Of a stretch of 64,000 nucleotides of DNA, positions 39,027 through 49,068 are shown one piece after another. The translations under genes were made by a program, and so were the position numbers. Positions within the stretch are counted from its first letter, which is position 1. Each line of letters begins with the position of its first letter. Below the pieces are notes generated by a model that did no database searches, was not told where the DNA came from, and saw nothing but the letters and a program-made list of their open reading frames with translations. Location: the sequence record MW749003.1; one strand, written 5' to 3'.

Positions 39027-39481
39027 TTTTCTGGATTTGATTTAATTACAGCATCTTTTAATTTAGAGAGTGTATCATTATATCCATAATTTACACCACG
39101 AGAGTCCAAGATTTCTTTAAGTTCTTTTTTAGTTGCTTCTTCAAGATCTTCCATTGTATATGCTACGTCAGAATCAATTTCCTCTGTTTCTTCTTCTGAA
39201 ATTTCTTCTTGTTCTTCAACTAATGTTTCTTCTTCTTGAGACTCTTTAGGATCTTCTACAGAAACTTCTTGTTCTTCAACAGATTCTTCCACTTGAGGTT
39301 TTGGCTGTTCCTGAATTTTTTGAGGTTTTTCTTCTTCATAACGAACTACATTAAAACCTAGTTTAGTCAACAATTCATACTGACCTACAGTAATACTAAT
39401 AGGACGGTTAATTGGACCTTTTCCAATAGTAGGAATAAGTTTAGAGTCAGTAATTGTTACACGAATTCTTTGTTTACTCAT
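39023..39481 (-). CDS. Acidic-linker protein with a C-terminal HeH/SAP/Rho-N-like module
   Basis: TKKELKEILDSRGVNYGYNDTLSKLKDAV. Confidence 0.55.
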   Translation of the reverse strand: MSKQRIRVTITDSKLIPTIGKGPINRPISITVGQYELLTKLGFNVVRYEEEKPQKIQEQPKPQVEESVEEQEVSVEDPKESQEEETLVEEQEEISEEETEEIDSDVAYTMEDLEEATKKELKEILDSRGVNYGYNDTLSKLKDAVIKSNPEK

Positions 39482-39496
39482 ATACTGTATCCTCCC

Positions 39497-40093
39497 TTAA
39501 AGTAAGTCTAGATCTAATAATGACTCTCCGATGGCTTCTAATTCTTCATCATCTTCGTCATCTTCATCTGCTAATTCTTCAATTTCTTTATCATCAGCAA
39601 TAGTCTCTTTTTCTTCATTAATTAAAATTTCTTCAAGTTCATCCAATGCTTCATCAAGAATAATGTCATCATCTTCGTCATCATCCTCAAAATCAAGAAC
39701 TTCTTCATTAGAAGTTGCTTCTTCTAATTCAAGTTCTTCTAATGTAACTTCATCTTCTTCTTTGACAATCTCTTCATCTTCAGAGATGATTTCTTCATCT
39801 AATAGTTCTTCAGATAACTCTGCACCTTCTAATAGATCATCTTCGTCATCATCATCCATATATAAACCTGAAGTGTCATCATCTTCGTCATCAAGATCAT
39901 TAACATCTAAGTCTACATCAAGATCATCAATGTCAACTGATAAATCCTGACCGTCAATTTTTGCTTCATCAAGAACTTCATCTTCAGTTGTCTCAACTGT
40001 TTCTAGTTCTTCCTCTAAACCCTCAAGTTCCTCATCAATATTAAGCAACTCAGTATCTTCATTAAGCATCTTATTTTTAATAGTTTTAAACAT
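39497..40093 (-). CDS. Extremely acidic late protein (prohead core/scaffold-like or DNA mimic)
   Basis: About half the residues are D/E; repeated L/I-x-E motifs; late promoter at 40131-40142. Confidence 0.6.
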   Translation of the reverse strand: MFKTIKNKMLNEDTELLNIDEELEGLEEELETVETTEDEVLDEAKIDGQDLSVDIDDLDVDLDVNDLDDEDDDTSGLYMDDDDEDDLLEGAELSEELLDEEIISEDEEIVKEEDEVTLEELELEEATSNEEVLDFEDDDEDDDIILDEALDELEEILINEEKETIADDKEIEELADEDDEDDEELEAIGESLLDLDLL

Positions 40094-40133
40094 TTAAGTC
40101 TGCTCCTTCCTTAAATAAGGTAATTATACTTAT

Positions 40134-41321
40134 TTAATTGTTTAAAATTGTATTCTTTATTTCTTTTAGTATGAAGAGAATACATGGAATAATCATATAA
40201 TTATCCAATGTCTCCTTTATTTTTTCCTTAGTAATAAAATTAACAATTTCTTCTTCTACTAAAGCATTGTTTAAAAAATTAATTATAAAATTATTTATTT
40301 TATAATTATCATCAGTATACGGTTCATTTGTTTTAATTCTTTTAATAAAATCACTAGTAAATAAAGGCAATAAATCACTAGAATCTGATTCAGAATAACT
40401 AATATGGAGAATGTTATACTTGTTTTTATAGAGATTAAATATGCTCTTACTATCGTTAATTTCTTCAAGAGTATAGTTTAAATTCTCTAAATTATCTGTA
40501 CTTTTTTCTTCAATGGCTGAGTATATACTATTATCATAAGCAAAAAATTCATCCATACTTTCATTTAGTAGCGGTTCTATTTTAATATTTTTCAAGAATG
40601 TTTTAGAATTGATAAATAGATTATTATTTTGGATAAATTTCATAAGCATATTATCGTATAACTGATTCTTGAAAAGAAAAGTATTATAGAACTTATTATA
40701 AAATAACTTTGTATACTGTTTTGATAAGATATTAAATGCATCATCTATTTTACCTAACAGGAGAAAATCTGTGGTCTTAAGAATACTCTTAGCTTCTTTA
40801 CCAATATTCTCATAAACAACTTTATATTCTTCAGTTAATTGTCTCTCTTCCAGTATTCCAAGATTATCACCTGATAGTATATAAGTAATTCTATAGAATA
40901 CTTTATTATCAATACTACTAGTCTCAACATTACTAATTCTAAATAGATAATCTTTATTTAGATAATTAACTAGGAAATAGTCATTTGGGAGTGGTTTAAG
41001 AGTATTAGGTAGAACGATTGCAGTACTTTCTACTGATGTATCTAGACCATTTTCAGTATCATATTCTAAATTAGGATCAATTTGTTCCATATTATAAATA
41101 GGGAAATTTTCAATTTTATTAAATTTTATAGGAGACTCTACACCAATAACTTCCATAACACCTTGTAGTGTTTGATCCTCCATAGAATTCATTATATCTT
41201 TAGAATAATAAGTGACAAAGTTTGGAGAACCTTCTATGAACCGAGAGAAATCTTTAGTGGTACTCGTAAAATTGTTTATATATTTTTCGATTACATCTTT
41301 TTCTTCAATAAATCGACCCAT
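40134..41321 (-). CDS. Late, probable virion structural protein
   Basis: 395 aa; late promoter at 41355-41366; GGAGG RBS. Confidence 0.6.
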   Translation of the reverse strand: MGRFIEEKDVIEKYINNFTSTTKDFSRFIEGSPNFVTYYSKDIMNSMEDQTLQGVMEVIGVESPIKFNKIENFPIYNMEQIDPNLEYDTENGLDTSVESTAIVLPNTLKPLPNDYFLVNYLNKDYLFRISNVETSSIDNKVFYRITYILSGDNLGILEERQLTEEYKVVYENIGKEAKSILKTTDFLLLGKIDDAFNILSKQYTKLFYNKFYNTFLFKNQLYDNMLMKFIQNNNLFINSKTFLKNIKIEPLLNESMDEFFAYDNSIYSAIEEKSTDNLENLNYTLEEINDSKSIFNLYKNKYNILHISYSESDSSDLLPLFTSDFIKRIKTNEPYTDDNYKINNFIINFLNNALVEEEIVNFITKEKIKETLDNYMIIPCILFILKEIKNTILNN

Positions 41322-41457
41322 TATTTTACCTCCTTTAAATTAATATAAAGTCAATATTCATTTGTTCAGTTATTATTTACATGATAAACTTTGATTCATT
41401 TGTTGAAACATACTATTAGTGATTTAAAAATAAAATAAGAAGGAGGGAGAATAAGAA

Positions 41458-42267
41458 ATGCAAAAAATTGAGAATGAACTAAATAATCTTTTATATGAGT
41501 CTATAGAAATACAAAATCTAATCAATGAAATATATTATATTGAAAGAAGTTTAATTTTATCTGAATATAATGATATTTCTAATAATACAGCTATATTAAA
41601 TGAAAATTTAACTGATAGTATATTAAGAGTTTTACAAAAAATAAAATTACTCATTAATAAAATTATTATTTGGTTTAAAGATATATTTAGCAAGGTAATA
41701 ACAAAAATTAAGAATGATACTCCCAACTATAATTTAAATAGTAAAAAAAGAGTAATATCAGAAATTGATATTATACTAAGTATTAATAATTTACTTAGAT
41801 CTTATGAAGATGTAAGTGTTGATTTGAGTTCAATCAACCTTTTATTGTCGGCTAGTATTAATAATACAAAGCTAAATAATGCTAATATACCAAATATGAA
41901 AAAGACAATTAATAATAAGAAAAAATTAATTAAAGATTCTTGTGAAAATATTGTAGTTAAAAGAACAAATTTAACATATATAGCTAGCGATATTAATGCT
42001 ATTATAAAAAATAAAAATATTTTAGTAAATTATTTAAATAAAAAATGTAATAAACAGATTCAAAATCAAATTATAGTTATGAAAGAATATTATCATACTT
42101 TGACTAGGATGAATAATTCTGGCATTGATCAAGGTAAATTATATATAACTATAAATTCTTTTGCAGAATTTATTAGCATTTCAATAAGTTCATACTCTCA
42201 ACTGCTTACAGCAGGTATTTCTATTCTCTCTGAAAGTACAAAAGTGTTAGAACAATTTACAGAATAA
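41458..42267 (+). CDS. Late hypothetical protein, possible internal head protein
   Basis: Late promoter at 41407-41418; ILNE followed by an amphipathic helix, as in jumbo-phage head proteins. Confidence 0.55.
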   Translation: MQKIENELNNLLYESIEIQNLINEIYYIERSLILSEYNDISNNTAILNENLTDSILRVLQKIKLLINKIIIWFKDIFSKVITKIKNDTPNYNLNSKKRVISEIDIILSINNLLRSYEDVSVDLSSINLLLSASINNTKLNNANIPNMKKTINNKKKLIKDSCENIVVKRTNLTYIASDINAIIKNKNILVNYLNKKCNKQIQNQIIVMKEYYHTLTRMNNSGIDQGKLYITINSFAEFISISISSYSQLLTAGISILSESTKVLEQFTE

Positions 42268-42285
42268 TAGAGAGGTAGATTTATA

Positions 42286-42501
42286 ATGCGTGGTAGAAGT
42301 AGATATTATAAACATTCAATCATGTCCAATGCGACATTCGGAGAGTTAACTATCAGAAATAAAGATATGGAATTAATTATTCCACAAAAATATATTACTT
42401 TAGAAGGTAAGATTTATCAGAATATTCAGAAACTTATTGATAAAGGTAATATAGTTGAGTTAAAAGAAAGAGGAATTAAAATAAATAATCTAATGTCATA
42501 A
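42286..42501 (+). CDS. Hypothetical protein
   Basis: GAGG RBS, 71 aa. Confidence 0.6.
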   Translation: MRGRSRYYKHSIMSNATFGELTIRNKDMELIIPQKYITLEGKIYQNIQKLIDKGNIVELKERGIKINNLMS

Positions 42502-42529
42502 GAGACATTAGATTATTTTTATTATTCTG

Positions 42530-42913
42530 TCAAGAAACTTTCTGTTCTACTTTAAAATGAAATAGTGTATTTACATAATCATTTGTTTCTGGATTTTGAG
42601 AGATAACAAAGACCTTATTCTCATCTTTATCTTCACATACAATATCACTAGTATTACAAATATCCAGATTTGAAATTGCATTAATGATTAACTTTTTATA
42701 GTTTTCATCCTTCATTCTTACAATAAAACGACAAGATGGTTTATCTCTAAATTCTTTATATTTTTCTCTTAATACTTTTAACATCTCTAGATAAATGTAA
42801 TCTTCCATAATTTCATTATTATCCATGAATGAACCTTCAACTAATTTAATAATTTCCATTTTTATGCACCCCTCTAGATATTGGATTAATCTAACTAAAT
42901 GTTGATTATTCAC
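42530..42913 (-). CDS. Hypothetical protein (likely start ATG 42859)
   Basis: GAGGGG RBS before MEIIKLVEG. Confidence 0.6.
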   Translation of the reverse strand: MNNQHLVRLIQYLEGCIKMEIIKLVEGSFMDNNEIMEDYIYLEMLKVLREKYKEFRDKPSCRFIVRMKDENYKKLIINAISNLDICNTSDIVCEDKDENKVFVISQNPETNDYVNTLFHFKVEQKVS

Positions 42914-42960
42914 ATAAAAAAATCAAAAATTCCAGAACCGTATTAAAATTTTAGATGAAA

Positions 42961-42970
42961 TATATATTAT
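42961..42970 (+). promoter_or_regulatory. Early promoter-like TATATATTAT
   Basis: Heads the early-gene block; repeated at 43969-43978. Confidence 0.6.
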
Positions 42971-43013
42971 TAAAGTGAAAAGGATGTTATATTTATTAAA
43001 GGAGAGGTAAATT

Positions 43014-43937
43014 ATGATTTGTGAGAAAGAAAGAGAGATCACAGTAGAAGAGAGAATTAGGAATGTAAGAAAATTAAATGTTAGTAGAGAAGTATTGGAA
43101 GAGATGGTAAAGAGACACTATAGAAAAGTTCCTGTAGATTTAATTCTAAAGAATACATTTATGGTTCCATTATACACTGAAGCTTTACCAAAATGTATTA
43201 TATATCGAAAAGACAGATATCCTAAAAATCGTTATGTTGGTCTTAAAGAGACTATTAAGAAACAACATTTTCAGATGTATCATATTATATCGAATATTAA
43301 AGAAGAAGAAAGAACTGTCGCTGAACAACAATTTTTGAATTATATAGATAGTAAGGACTTCTATAGTCTTCAGATGAAACTTCTCACCATATTTATTTCC
43401 ACATCAGCAATGACTAATCCAAATACTAACTATCTCCAAAACTTCAGTAATAGCGTACTTAAAGTAATAAATAAGATTAAGAATGAAAGAAAAATTGAAT
43501 TTATTGGACAAGCAGAAACAAAATTTAATTTTTATTTCTCTGATCATTTTCAATTTGATAGAATGATACATCGTGGTATTCCCTATCATAATCTAGAAAT
43601 GGCATTAACGCCAATCGTTCAGTTTGAAAACTATAATAAATTTAAGAAAGGGACAGTGATAGCATCACAACTAAACTTAGGTGATACTGAAATTAGTCCT
43701 ATTATCCTAGTAGGCGTTACTAAAAATGAAGATAAAGAAATTGAATTTACAATTATTACAGTACTTTATAATCAAGATAAAAATTATGTAATAAAGGATT
43801 GTGATGATTTTATATGTAGATATTATCATGAAGAACAGAAAAGATATAGAAGTATTAATTATAAAAGTAATAAGAAAGTATTTAGAAAATATTTCCCTAC
43901 TATTAAGGTAGTAGACGAGGAGGAAGGCATTTATTAA
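43014..43937 (+). CDS. Early hypothetical protein
   Basis: 307 aa; GGAGAGG RBS; terminator hairpin at ~43920-43952. Confidence 0.8.
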   Translation: MICEKEREITVEERIRNVRKLNVSREVLEEMVKRHYRKVPVDLILKNTFMVPLYTEALPKCIIYRKDRYPKNRYVGLKETIKKQHFQMYHIISNIKEEERTVAEQQFLNYIDSKDFYSLQMKLLTIFISTSAMTNPNTNYLQNFSNSVLKVINKIKNERKIEFIGQAETKFNFYFSDHFQFDRMIHRGIPYHNLEMALTPIVQFENYNKFKKGTVIASQLNLGDTEISPIILVGVTKNEDKEIEFTIITVLYNQDKNYVIKDCDDFICRYYHEEQKRYRSINYKSNKKVFRKYFPTIKVVDEEEGIY

Positions 43938-44011
43938 TGCCTTTCTTTTTTTTATTGAAAAAATTAAATATATATTATAAAAAAGAATAAAATTATTAAG
44001 GGGGAAGTATA

Positions 44012-44371
44012 ATGGAAATTGTTGTAAAAGCATTAACTGCTGTAGCTGAAGTAACAGAATTGGAAACTCTATATGAACATTTTAAGAATGGTTATACTCA
44101 TATTCTTGCGTCTAATTATCAAGATGACTTATGTTTAGTAGCTAGAGGTAATATTGAGGGAGATATAATTGAAGAATTAAAAAATGAATTGTCTGAAGAG
44201 GCATTTGAAGAATTAATGTGGATTAGTAAAGAATTTAATTTAGTAGATAAATTTAAAGATGAATTATATCATATTGAAGTATTATATAATGAAGATGATT
44301 ATCTGATTGCTAGAGTTAAAGATAATGATTATCTAAAAGATATTAAATTTCATGTGGAAAAAGGAGATTAA
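44012..44371 (+). CDS. Early acidic hypothetical protein
   Basis: Own early promoter motif and RBS. Confidence 0.75.
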   Translation: MEIVVKALTAVAEVTELETLYEHFKNGYTHILASNYQDDLCLVARGNIEGDIIEELKNELSEEAFEELMWISKEFNLVDKFKDELYHIEVLYNEDDYLIARVKDNDYLKDIKFHVEKGD

Positions 44372-44372
44372 T

Positions 44373-44753
44373 ATGTCTAAAGTACTAGGACTAGGGTTAG
44401 GTGATATTGTAAATTTAGCAAGTGAAAGAGATGGAGTAAAATATAAGTTAATTGAAAGTACTAAAGGTGATAAATGTTATGCATTATTGCGTTCAGATGT
44501 AGAGACAATATTTTTCTACTATGATGGAAATCATAAAGGAACACATCCAATTATGGCAGAAGATAAAAATGGAATAGACTTAACTAGTGATGAATATATG
44601 CCTTTTCTTATTTTTGCTGATGAATTATATGATGGAAGAATTTTAACTGAAGAACATACTGGATTAAATAGAATCATTACTAAAAAAGGTTTCTTGTCAG
44701 ATAGTGAAAAGGTACATTGGAAATCCAAAATGCATTATTTTGATGTTAACTAA
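44373..44753 (+). CDS. Hypothetical protein
   Basis: AAGGAG RBS before ATG 44373. Confidence 0.7.
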   Translation: MSKVLGLGLGDIVNLASERDGVKYKLIESTKGDKCYALLRSDVETIFFYYDGNHKGTHPIMAEDKNGIDLTSDEYMPFLIFADELYDGRILTEEHTGLNRIITKKGFLSDSEKVHWKSKMHYFDVN

Positions 44754-44819
44754 ATAGATATTAAAATTAGGAATTTAATTATGAAGATAATTTCATCATG
44801 AATATACATAAAAGGAGTA

Positions 44820-44978
44820 ATGAAAATGGATATCTATGAATCATTTTGTTTTTCACTATTAGGATTTGGTTTAGCAATTGCAGTTGTATGTGTAACATTA
44901 AGTGTTATTTTAGTATTAAATACCAATATTCTTATTAAAAGACAAATTGAAAAGTTGGAGGATAAAATAAATGACTAA
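44820..44978 (+). CDS. Small single-pass membrane protein (52 aa, not in the ORF track)
   Basis: AAGGAG RBS; hydrophobic segment FCFSLLGFGLAIAVVCVTLSVILVL. Confidence 0.6.
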   Translation: MKMDIYESFCFSLLGFGLAIAVVCVTLSVILVLNTNILIKRQIEKLEDKIND

Positions 44979-45435
44979 AATTATCTCAGGTTTTCCAGGA
45001 ATTGGTAAGAGCACTCTCTATAATAATACTGATTTAAAAGTTTTAGACTCTGATAGTAGTAATTTTTCATGGTCAAGTCCGGGAGTACGCAATAAGGATT
45101 TTCCACAAAATTATATTGATCATATTAAAGAAAATATGGGTAAAGTGGATATTATTCTTGTATCTTCACATGATGTCGTAAGAGAAGCGCTTAATGATAA
45201 TAATATTGATTATTATATTGTATATCCTGATATTAAATTAAAAGATGAATATCTCAAACGTTATAAAGAAAGAGGAAATGATGATAAGTTTTTATCTTTC
45301 ATAGAGAAAAATTGGGAATCTTTTATTAATGCAATTGAAGATGAAAATAACGCAACTTTGATTAAATTGCATTCTAATGAATACTTATCTGATATTATTA
45401 AGTTATTTAAAAATATTGAAGGGATGGGGTTGTGA
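44971..45435 (+). CDS. Small P-loop NTPase/kinase-like protein
   Basis: Walker A GFPGIGKS at the N-terminus. Confidence 0.75.
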   Translation: MTKIISGFPGIGKSTLYNNTDLKVLDSDSSNFSWSSPGVRNKDFPQNYIDHIKENMGKVDIILVSSHDVVREALNDNNIDYYIVYPDIKLKDEYLKRYKERGNDDKFLSFIEKNWESFINAIEDENNATLIKLHSNEYLSDIIKLFKNIEGMGL

Positions 45436-45436
45436 A

Positions 45437-45709
45437 ATGAAAAGAGACTATACAGTAACAATCAGACATTATACTAAAGGGAGTATTTCAGCATGTGACG
45501 TTGCAAATATAATAAAAGAAGAACGACATAATTTATTAGGTGGTAGTGATAGATATATTGATAGTGATGGAATGATTAAGGAAGAAGATTATCGTAGTAA
45601 TAGTGTTGATGTTATTCGAAAAGCAACTGATGAAGAAATTAAGTATTATGAAGCTTTATATGAAGCAGAAGAATATTTTAATAAATTACATTATAGTGAG
45701 GAGAAATAA
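45437..45709 (+). CDS. Hypothetical protein
   Basis: ATG follows the upstream stop codon; RBS present. Confidence 0.65.
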   Translation: MKRDYTVTIRHYTKGSISACDVANIIKEERHNLLGGSDRYIDSDGMIKEEDYRSNSVDVIRKATDEEIKYYEALYEAEEYFNKLHYSEEK

Positions 45710-45710
45710 A

Positions 45711-46802
45711 ATGAAGAAAAAAATAATTGACACACTAGAGATGTATGGCTATAAAAACATAAAATGGGATAAAAACAATGGATATACTTTTGATGGCAAT
45801 TATAGATTTGCTGAACTAGCACATGATATTAATAAAGGATTTTACATTAATACTACTTCTGGTCATATCAATATCAATGAGTCAGAAGAATATATTGAGC
45901 AACTTAAAAAAGTAGCACTTTTTGTAAAGACACTTAATGAAATAAATAAAATAGAATTAAATCCAAATTATTGTTTATTGATTGATTCACATTTTGATGA
46001 TCCACATGTAGCATTTTTATCAGGAGCAATATTATTTAAACCAAATGTTGGTGACATTAATAAAACATTCAAAGATGCATGGACAGTAATTGGTTCTTCA
46101 TTCGCTAGTCCTGAAGATCAATATGAAATATTACGAAATGGGAAGAATACAATTGATGACATGATGGAATTAGCTGGATGCATGGATGACAAAGATAAGA
46201 AATACTTTTTAGAATATCATCCAAATGGTTATAGAACATTAGATGAAATTTCTGATGAGGTTTTATTTGTAGATAGAGTTATCACTATATCTCATCAGCC
46301 ATATGATGAGCAAATTTTAAAAGATCGATTTTCATATAACGTTATAAATGGAAAAAATGCTGATGACTATGTAAGGGAAGTTAAAGTTCATCCTTCTAAT
46401 GATATGGAGGGAAAAAATATGACTTTAATTTTGTTATATGATGATATGAATGATGGTGCTGTTTATCATGCTTGGTTGGTTGAAACAAAGAACGAAATAT
46501 ATGGATATATTAATAGGCTGTTCCATCATTTTTTGGAAAGACATAAAAGTAGTTATTCACATGTTATTAATAGTATATCGAATATTAAATTTTCTGATGA
46601 AAAGATAAATGAAATAAAATCTATGTTCCTAGAGGGAATTCAAGACAAGATTATCAAAGAAGCTATTCATCAATTTAAAGATCGTTTAGAATTTAATGAA
46701 GATATCTACCAGAAGATTGATAATATATTTATTTATGACAGAGATGGTGGTTATTCAAATATGGCTGAAGTATTTACTAATGAAAGTAACAATAAACTAT
46801 GA
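45711..46802 (+). CDS. Hypothetical protein
   Basis: GAGGAG RBS before ATG 45711. Confidence 0.75.
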   Translation: MKKKIIDTLEMYGYKNIKWDKNNGYTFDGNYRFAELAHDINKGFYINTTSGHININESEEYIEQLKKVALFVKTLNEINKIELNPNYCLLIDSHFDDPHVAFLSGAILFKPNVGDINKTFKDAWTVIGSSFASPEDQYEILRNGKNTIDDMMELAGCMDDKDKKYFLEYHPNGYRTLDEISDEVLFVDRVITISHQPYDEQILKDRFSYNVINGKNADDYVREVKVHPSNDMEGKNMTLILLYDDMNDGAVYHAWLVETKNEIYGYINRLFHHFLERHKSSYSHVINSISNIKFSDEKINEIKSMFLEGIQDKIIKEAIHQFKDRLEFNEDIYQKIDNIFIYDRDGGYSNMAEVFTNESNNKL

Positions 46803-46869
46803 ATAAATATACAAAAAAAAGTAAATAATAAAGATAACACCTAGAGCTATTCATTTTCATATATGAATA

Positions 46870-47000
46870 ATGCTAGTAAAATGTCCTGATTGTGAAGGTA
46901 CAGGGTATGATACTTGGTTTGTTGGTGATAAAAAATACAAGATCATAATACTCCATGCATTAATTGCAATGGATATGGTAAAATTAAGGAGGAAAATAAA
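46870..47000 (+). pseudogene. Frameshifted DnaJ-type zinc-finger mini-gene
   Basis: CPDCEGTG in one frame and CINCNGYG in the -1 frame, joined at an A6 run (46930-46935). Confidence 0.5.
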
Positions 47001-47504
47001 ATGAGTAATCAGTGGACTAAAAAAATAGAAATAGATGTATTTGATAAGGAAAAATTTACCATTGGTAATCCCTATATGATTATTAATAATAATCCCTATA
47101 AGATTGGTAATGAAATTTATTTTGGTCTATTAAAGAAGATAACTAGTGATGAATTAGTATTTAAAGGTCTTGATGATGATATTTTTGTTAGTATTAATGA
47201 TATATTAGACGATAATATAAAAATTATTAATATGACAGCAATTAACGTATCACCACAATTATTTTCACCTGGACAAATTTTCAAAGTAAAGAGTGATATA
47301 GAACTAAATAAAGAAAAAATTCTTAATAATGGCTCATTAATAATAATTGATTCTATACTATTAGGTTCTAAAGGCAAAGACTATTATAATATTGTTATCA
47401 AGAGTAAAGGTCAAATAACAGAAGAAGTAAGCTTACCTAAAGATATTTTTATGGAAATCATTGATAAAAATTCAGAGAAAATAAAGATGATGCCTAGTGA
47501 ATGA
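47001..47504 (+). CDS. Hypothetical protein
   Basis: AAGGAGG RBS, 167 aa. Confidence 0.75.
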   Translation: MSNQWTKKIEIDVFDKEKFTIGNPYMIINNNPYKIGNEIYFGLLKKITSDELVFKGLDDDIFVSINDILDDNIKIINMTAINVSPQLFSPGQIFKVKSDIELNKEKILNNGSLIIIDSILLGSKGKDYYNIVIKSKGQITEEVSLPKDIFMEIIDKNSEKIKMMPSE

Positions 47505-47673
47505 CAGAATATGTAATCATACTGATTATTTAAAAATCAGTATGATTACTAAATATTAGTGTTAACATGATTAATATTGTGTTTTAAAATGTAAATTTAT
47601 TGTTTTAAAAATAAAGTTTTTCTATAACTAAAATAGAGATTTAGTAACAAATCATCAGAGGAGGAATGTGTAA

Positions 47674-47826
47674 TTGAAAGTAATGATTGGTTCAGCAATG
47701 ATAGTACTTGCAATCTTATTTCTCTTGTGGTTGGCAATCAGTCCATTATTCGAGAAAATAGGTAAAAGTACCAGAAAAGTAAAAAATAATATTTTTAAGG
47801 GTGATGAGAATGACAGTGAGAAATAA
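47674..47826 (+). CDS. Small membrane protein (50 aa) coupled to the SPFH gene
   Basis: GAGGAGG RBS, TTG start, hydrophobic segment MIGSAMIVLAILFLLWLAISPLF. Confidence 0.6.
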   Translation: MKVMIGSAMIVLAILFLLWLAISPLFEKIGKSTRKVKNNIFKGDENDSEK

Positions 47827-48616
47827 GATTATTGGTGGTATTGTTGCGGGTGTAGTATTAATTTTAGGTCTGATTATCTCTATCTTTATGGTTGAGAAAA
47901 TTCCAAACGGATATGTTGGTGTAGTTTATTCTCCTAATGGTGGAGTAAAAGAAACTACTCTTGACCAAGGTTGGCATTGGATTAAGCCTTTTGATAAGGT
48001 TACAGAATATCCAGTTCGTATGCAAACAGTAAATAACAAAGATATTAAAGTAGCAACATCTGATGGTAAAAACATTGAAATGGATATTGCTTATAACTAT
48101 GTTGTACAGCCAGATAAAGTGGTAGATGTATTCAATAAGTTTGGTTCAGTTAAAGTTGAACAAATTGAGAATTCATATCTTAAATCACGTTTATGGGATG
48201 CTTCTCGTAAAGTAATTTCTAAATATTCAGTAATTGATACTTATGGTCAAAAATCTTCAGAAGCGGCTAGTGAAATTCAAAAAACATTTGCTGAAGATAT
48301 GAAAAAATATGGTTTCATTATTGATGATCTTACTCTAGGTGTACCAAAACCAGATATGGCTACTCAAGATGCAATTGATGCTAGAGTTAAATCTTCTCAG
48401 GAATTGGAACGTTCTCAAACTGAGATCAAGATTGCTAAAGCAGATGCTGAGAGAAAGAAAATTGAAGCTCAAGGTATTGCTGATGCCAATGAGATTATTA
48501 AAAAATCCATGTCTAAAGAGATTATTATGAATAAATGGATTGAAAAGTGGGATGGTAAAATGCCAAAAGCAACTGGTAGTAACTCACTTCTTCAACTTCC
48601 TCTAGAAGATAAATAA
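47801..48616 (+). CDS. SPFH/band 7/prohibitin-domain membrane protein
   Basis: N-terminal transmembrane helix; IPNGYVGVVYS, V.TSDGKNI and AIDARV...AEA.R..I.A.G.A.AN motifs. Confidence 0.88.
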   Translation: MMRMTVRNKIIGGIVAGVVLILGLIISIFMVEKIPNGYVGVVYSPNGGVKETTLDQGWHWIKPFDKVTEYPVRMQTVNNKDIKVATSDGKNIEMDIAYNYVVQPDKVVDVFNKFGSVKVEQIENSYLKSRLWDASRKVISKYSVIDTYGQKSSEAASEIQKTFAEDMKKYGFIIDDLTLGVPKPDMATQDAIDARVKSSQELERSQTEIKIAKADAERKKIEAQGIADANEIIKKSMSKEIIMNKWIEKWDGKMPKATGSNSLLQLPLEDK

Positions 48617-48751
48617 CAGTAAAATAGGAATTAGAGTCTGAGTGACTCTAATTCCTATTATTAATTTACATAGGAGAATTGTAATATTTTATTAGATAAT
48701 TTTCCAGAGAAAATGTAATTGATCCAGATGTTTTAAATAAAGGGAGATAAT

Positions 48752-49048
48752 ATGAATCAAAAAATATTGCCTATAAAATTTATCCTTATGTCTATGTCTG
48801 AATGTCCATATTGTAATGCTAAAATAGTTAATCATAATTATCATCAATGTTATATAAATTACAATGATATTAAAGGTACTATCAATATAAGATCTAATAA
48901 TCAAGGAGAGAAAAATTTATGCTTAAACTATTCTCAAAGAAAAATAAACCTAAAATATGTAAAGAATGTGGTAGAGAATTTATTAGTGAGCATTGGGCAA
49001 TTTGTCAGAATTGTCTTAAGAAAAGAAATTGGTGGTCTTAAAAAATAA
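48752..49048 (+). CDS. Hypothetical protein (CPYC motif); the 3' third overlaps a second small ORF
   Basis: GGGAG RBS. The C-terminal part is probably read-through overlay of 48919-49041. Confidence 0.45.
   Translation: MNQKILPIKFILMSMSECPYCNAKIVNHNYHQCYINYNDIKGTINIRSNNQGEKNLCLNYSQRKINLKYVKNVVENLLVSIGQFVRIVLRKEIGGLKK
48919..49041 (+). CDS. 40-aa zinc-ribbon protein
   Basis: AAGGAGAG RBS; CKECG...CQNC. Confidence 0.55.
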   Translation: MLKLFSKKNKPKICKECGREFISEHWAICQNCLKKRNWWS

Positions 49049-49068
49049 GTATAAAAGGGGAAACTAAT

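Noticed and set aside
39531-39950. Ser-rich 139-aa plus-strand ORF (likewise 38112-38603 and other short antisense ORFs)
   Set aside because: Shadow frames of GAT/GAA-rich or low-complexity genes on the opposite strand.
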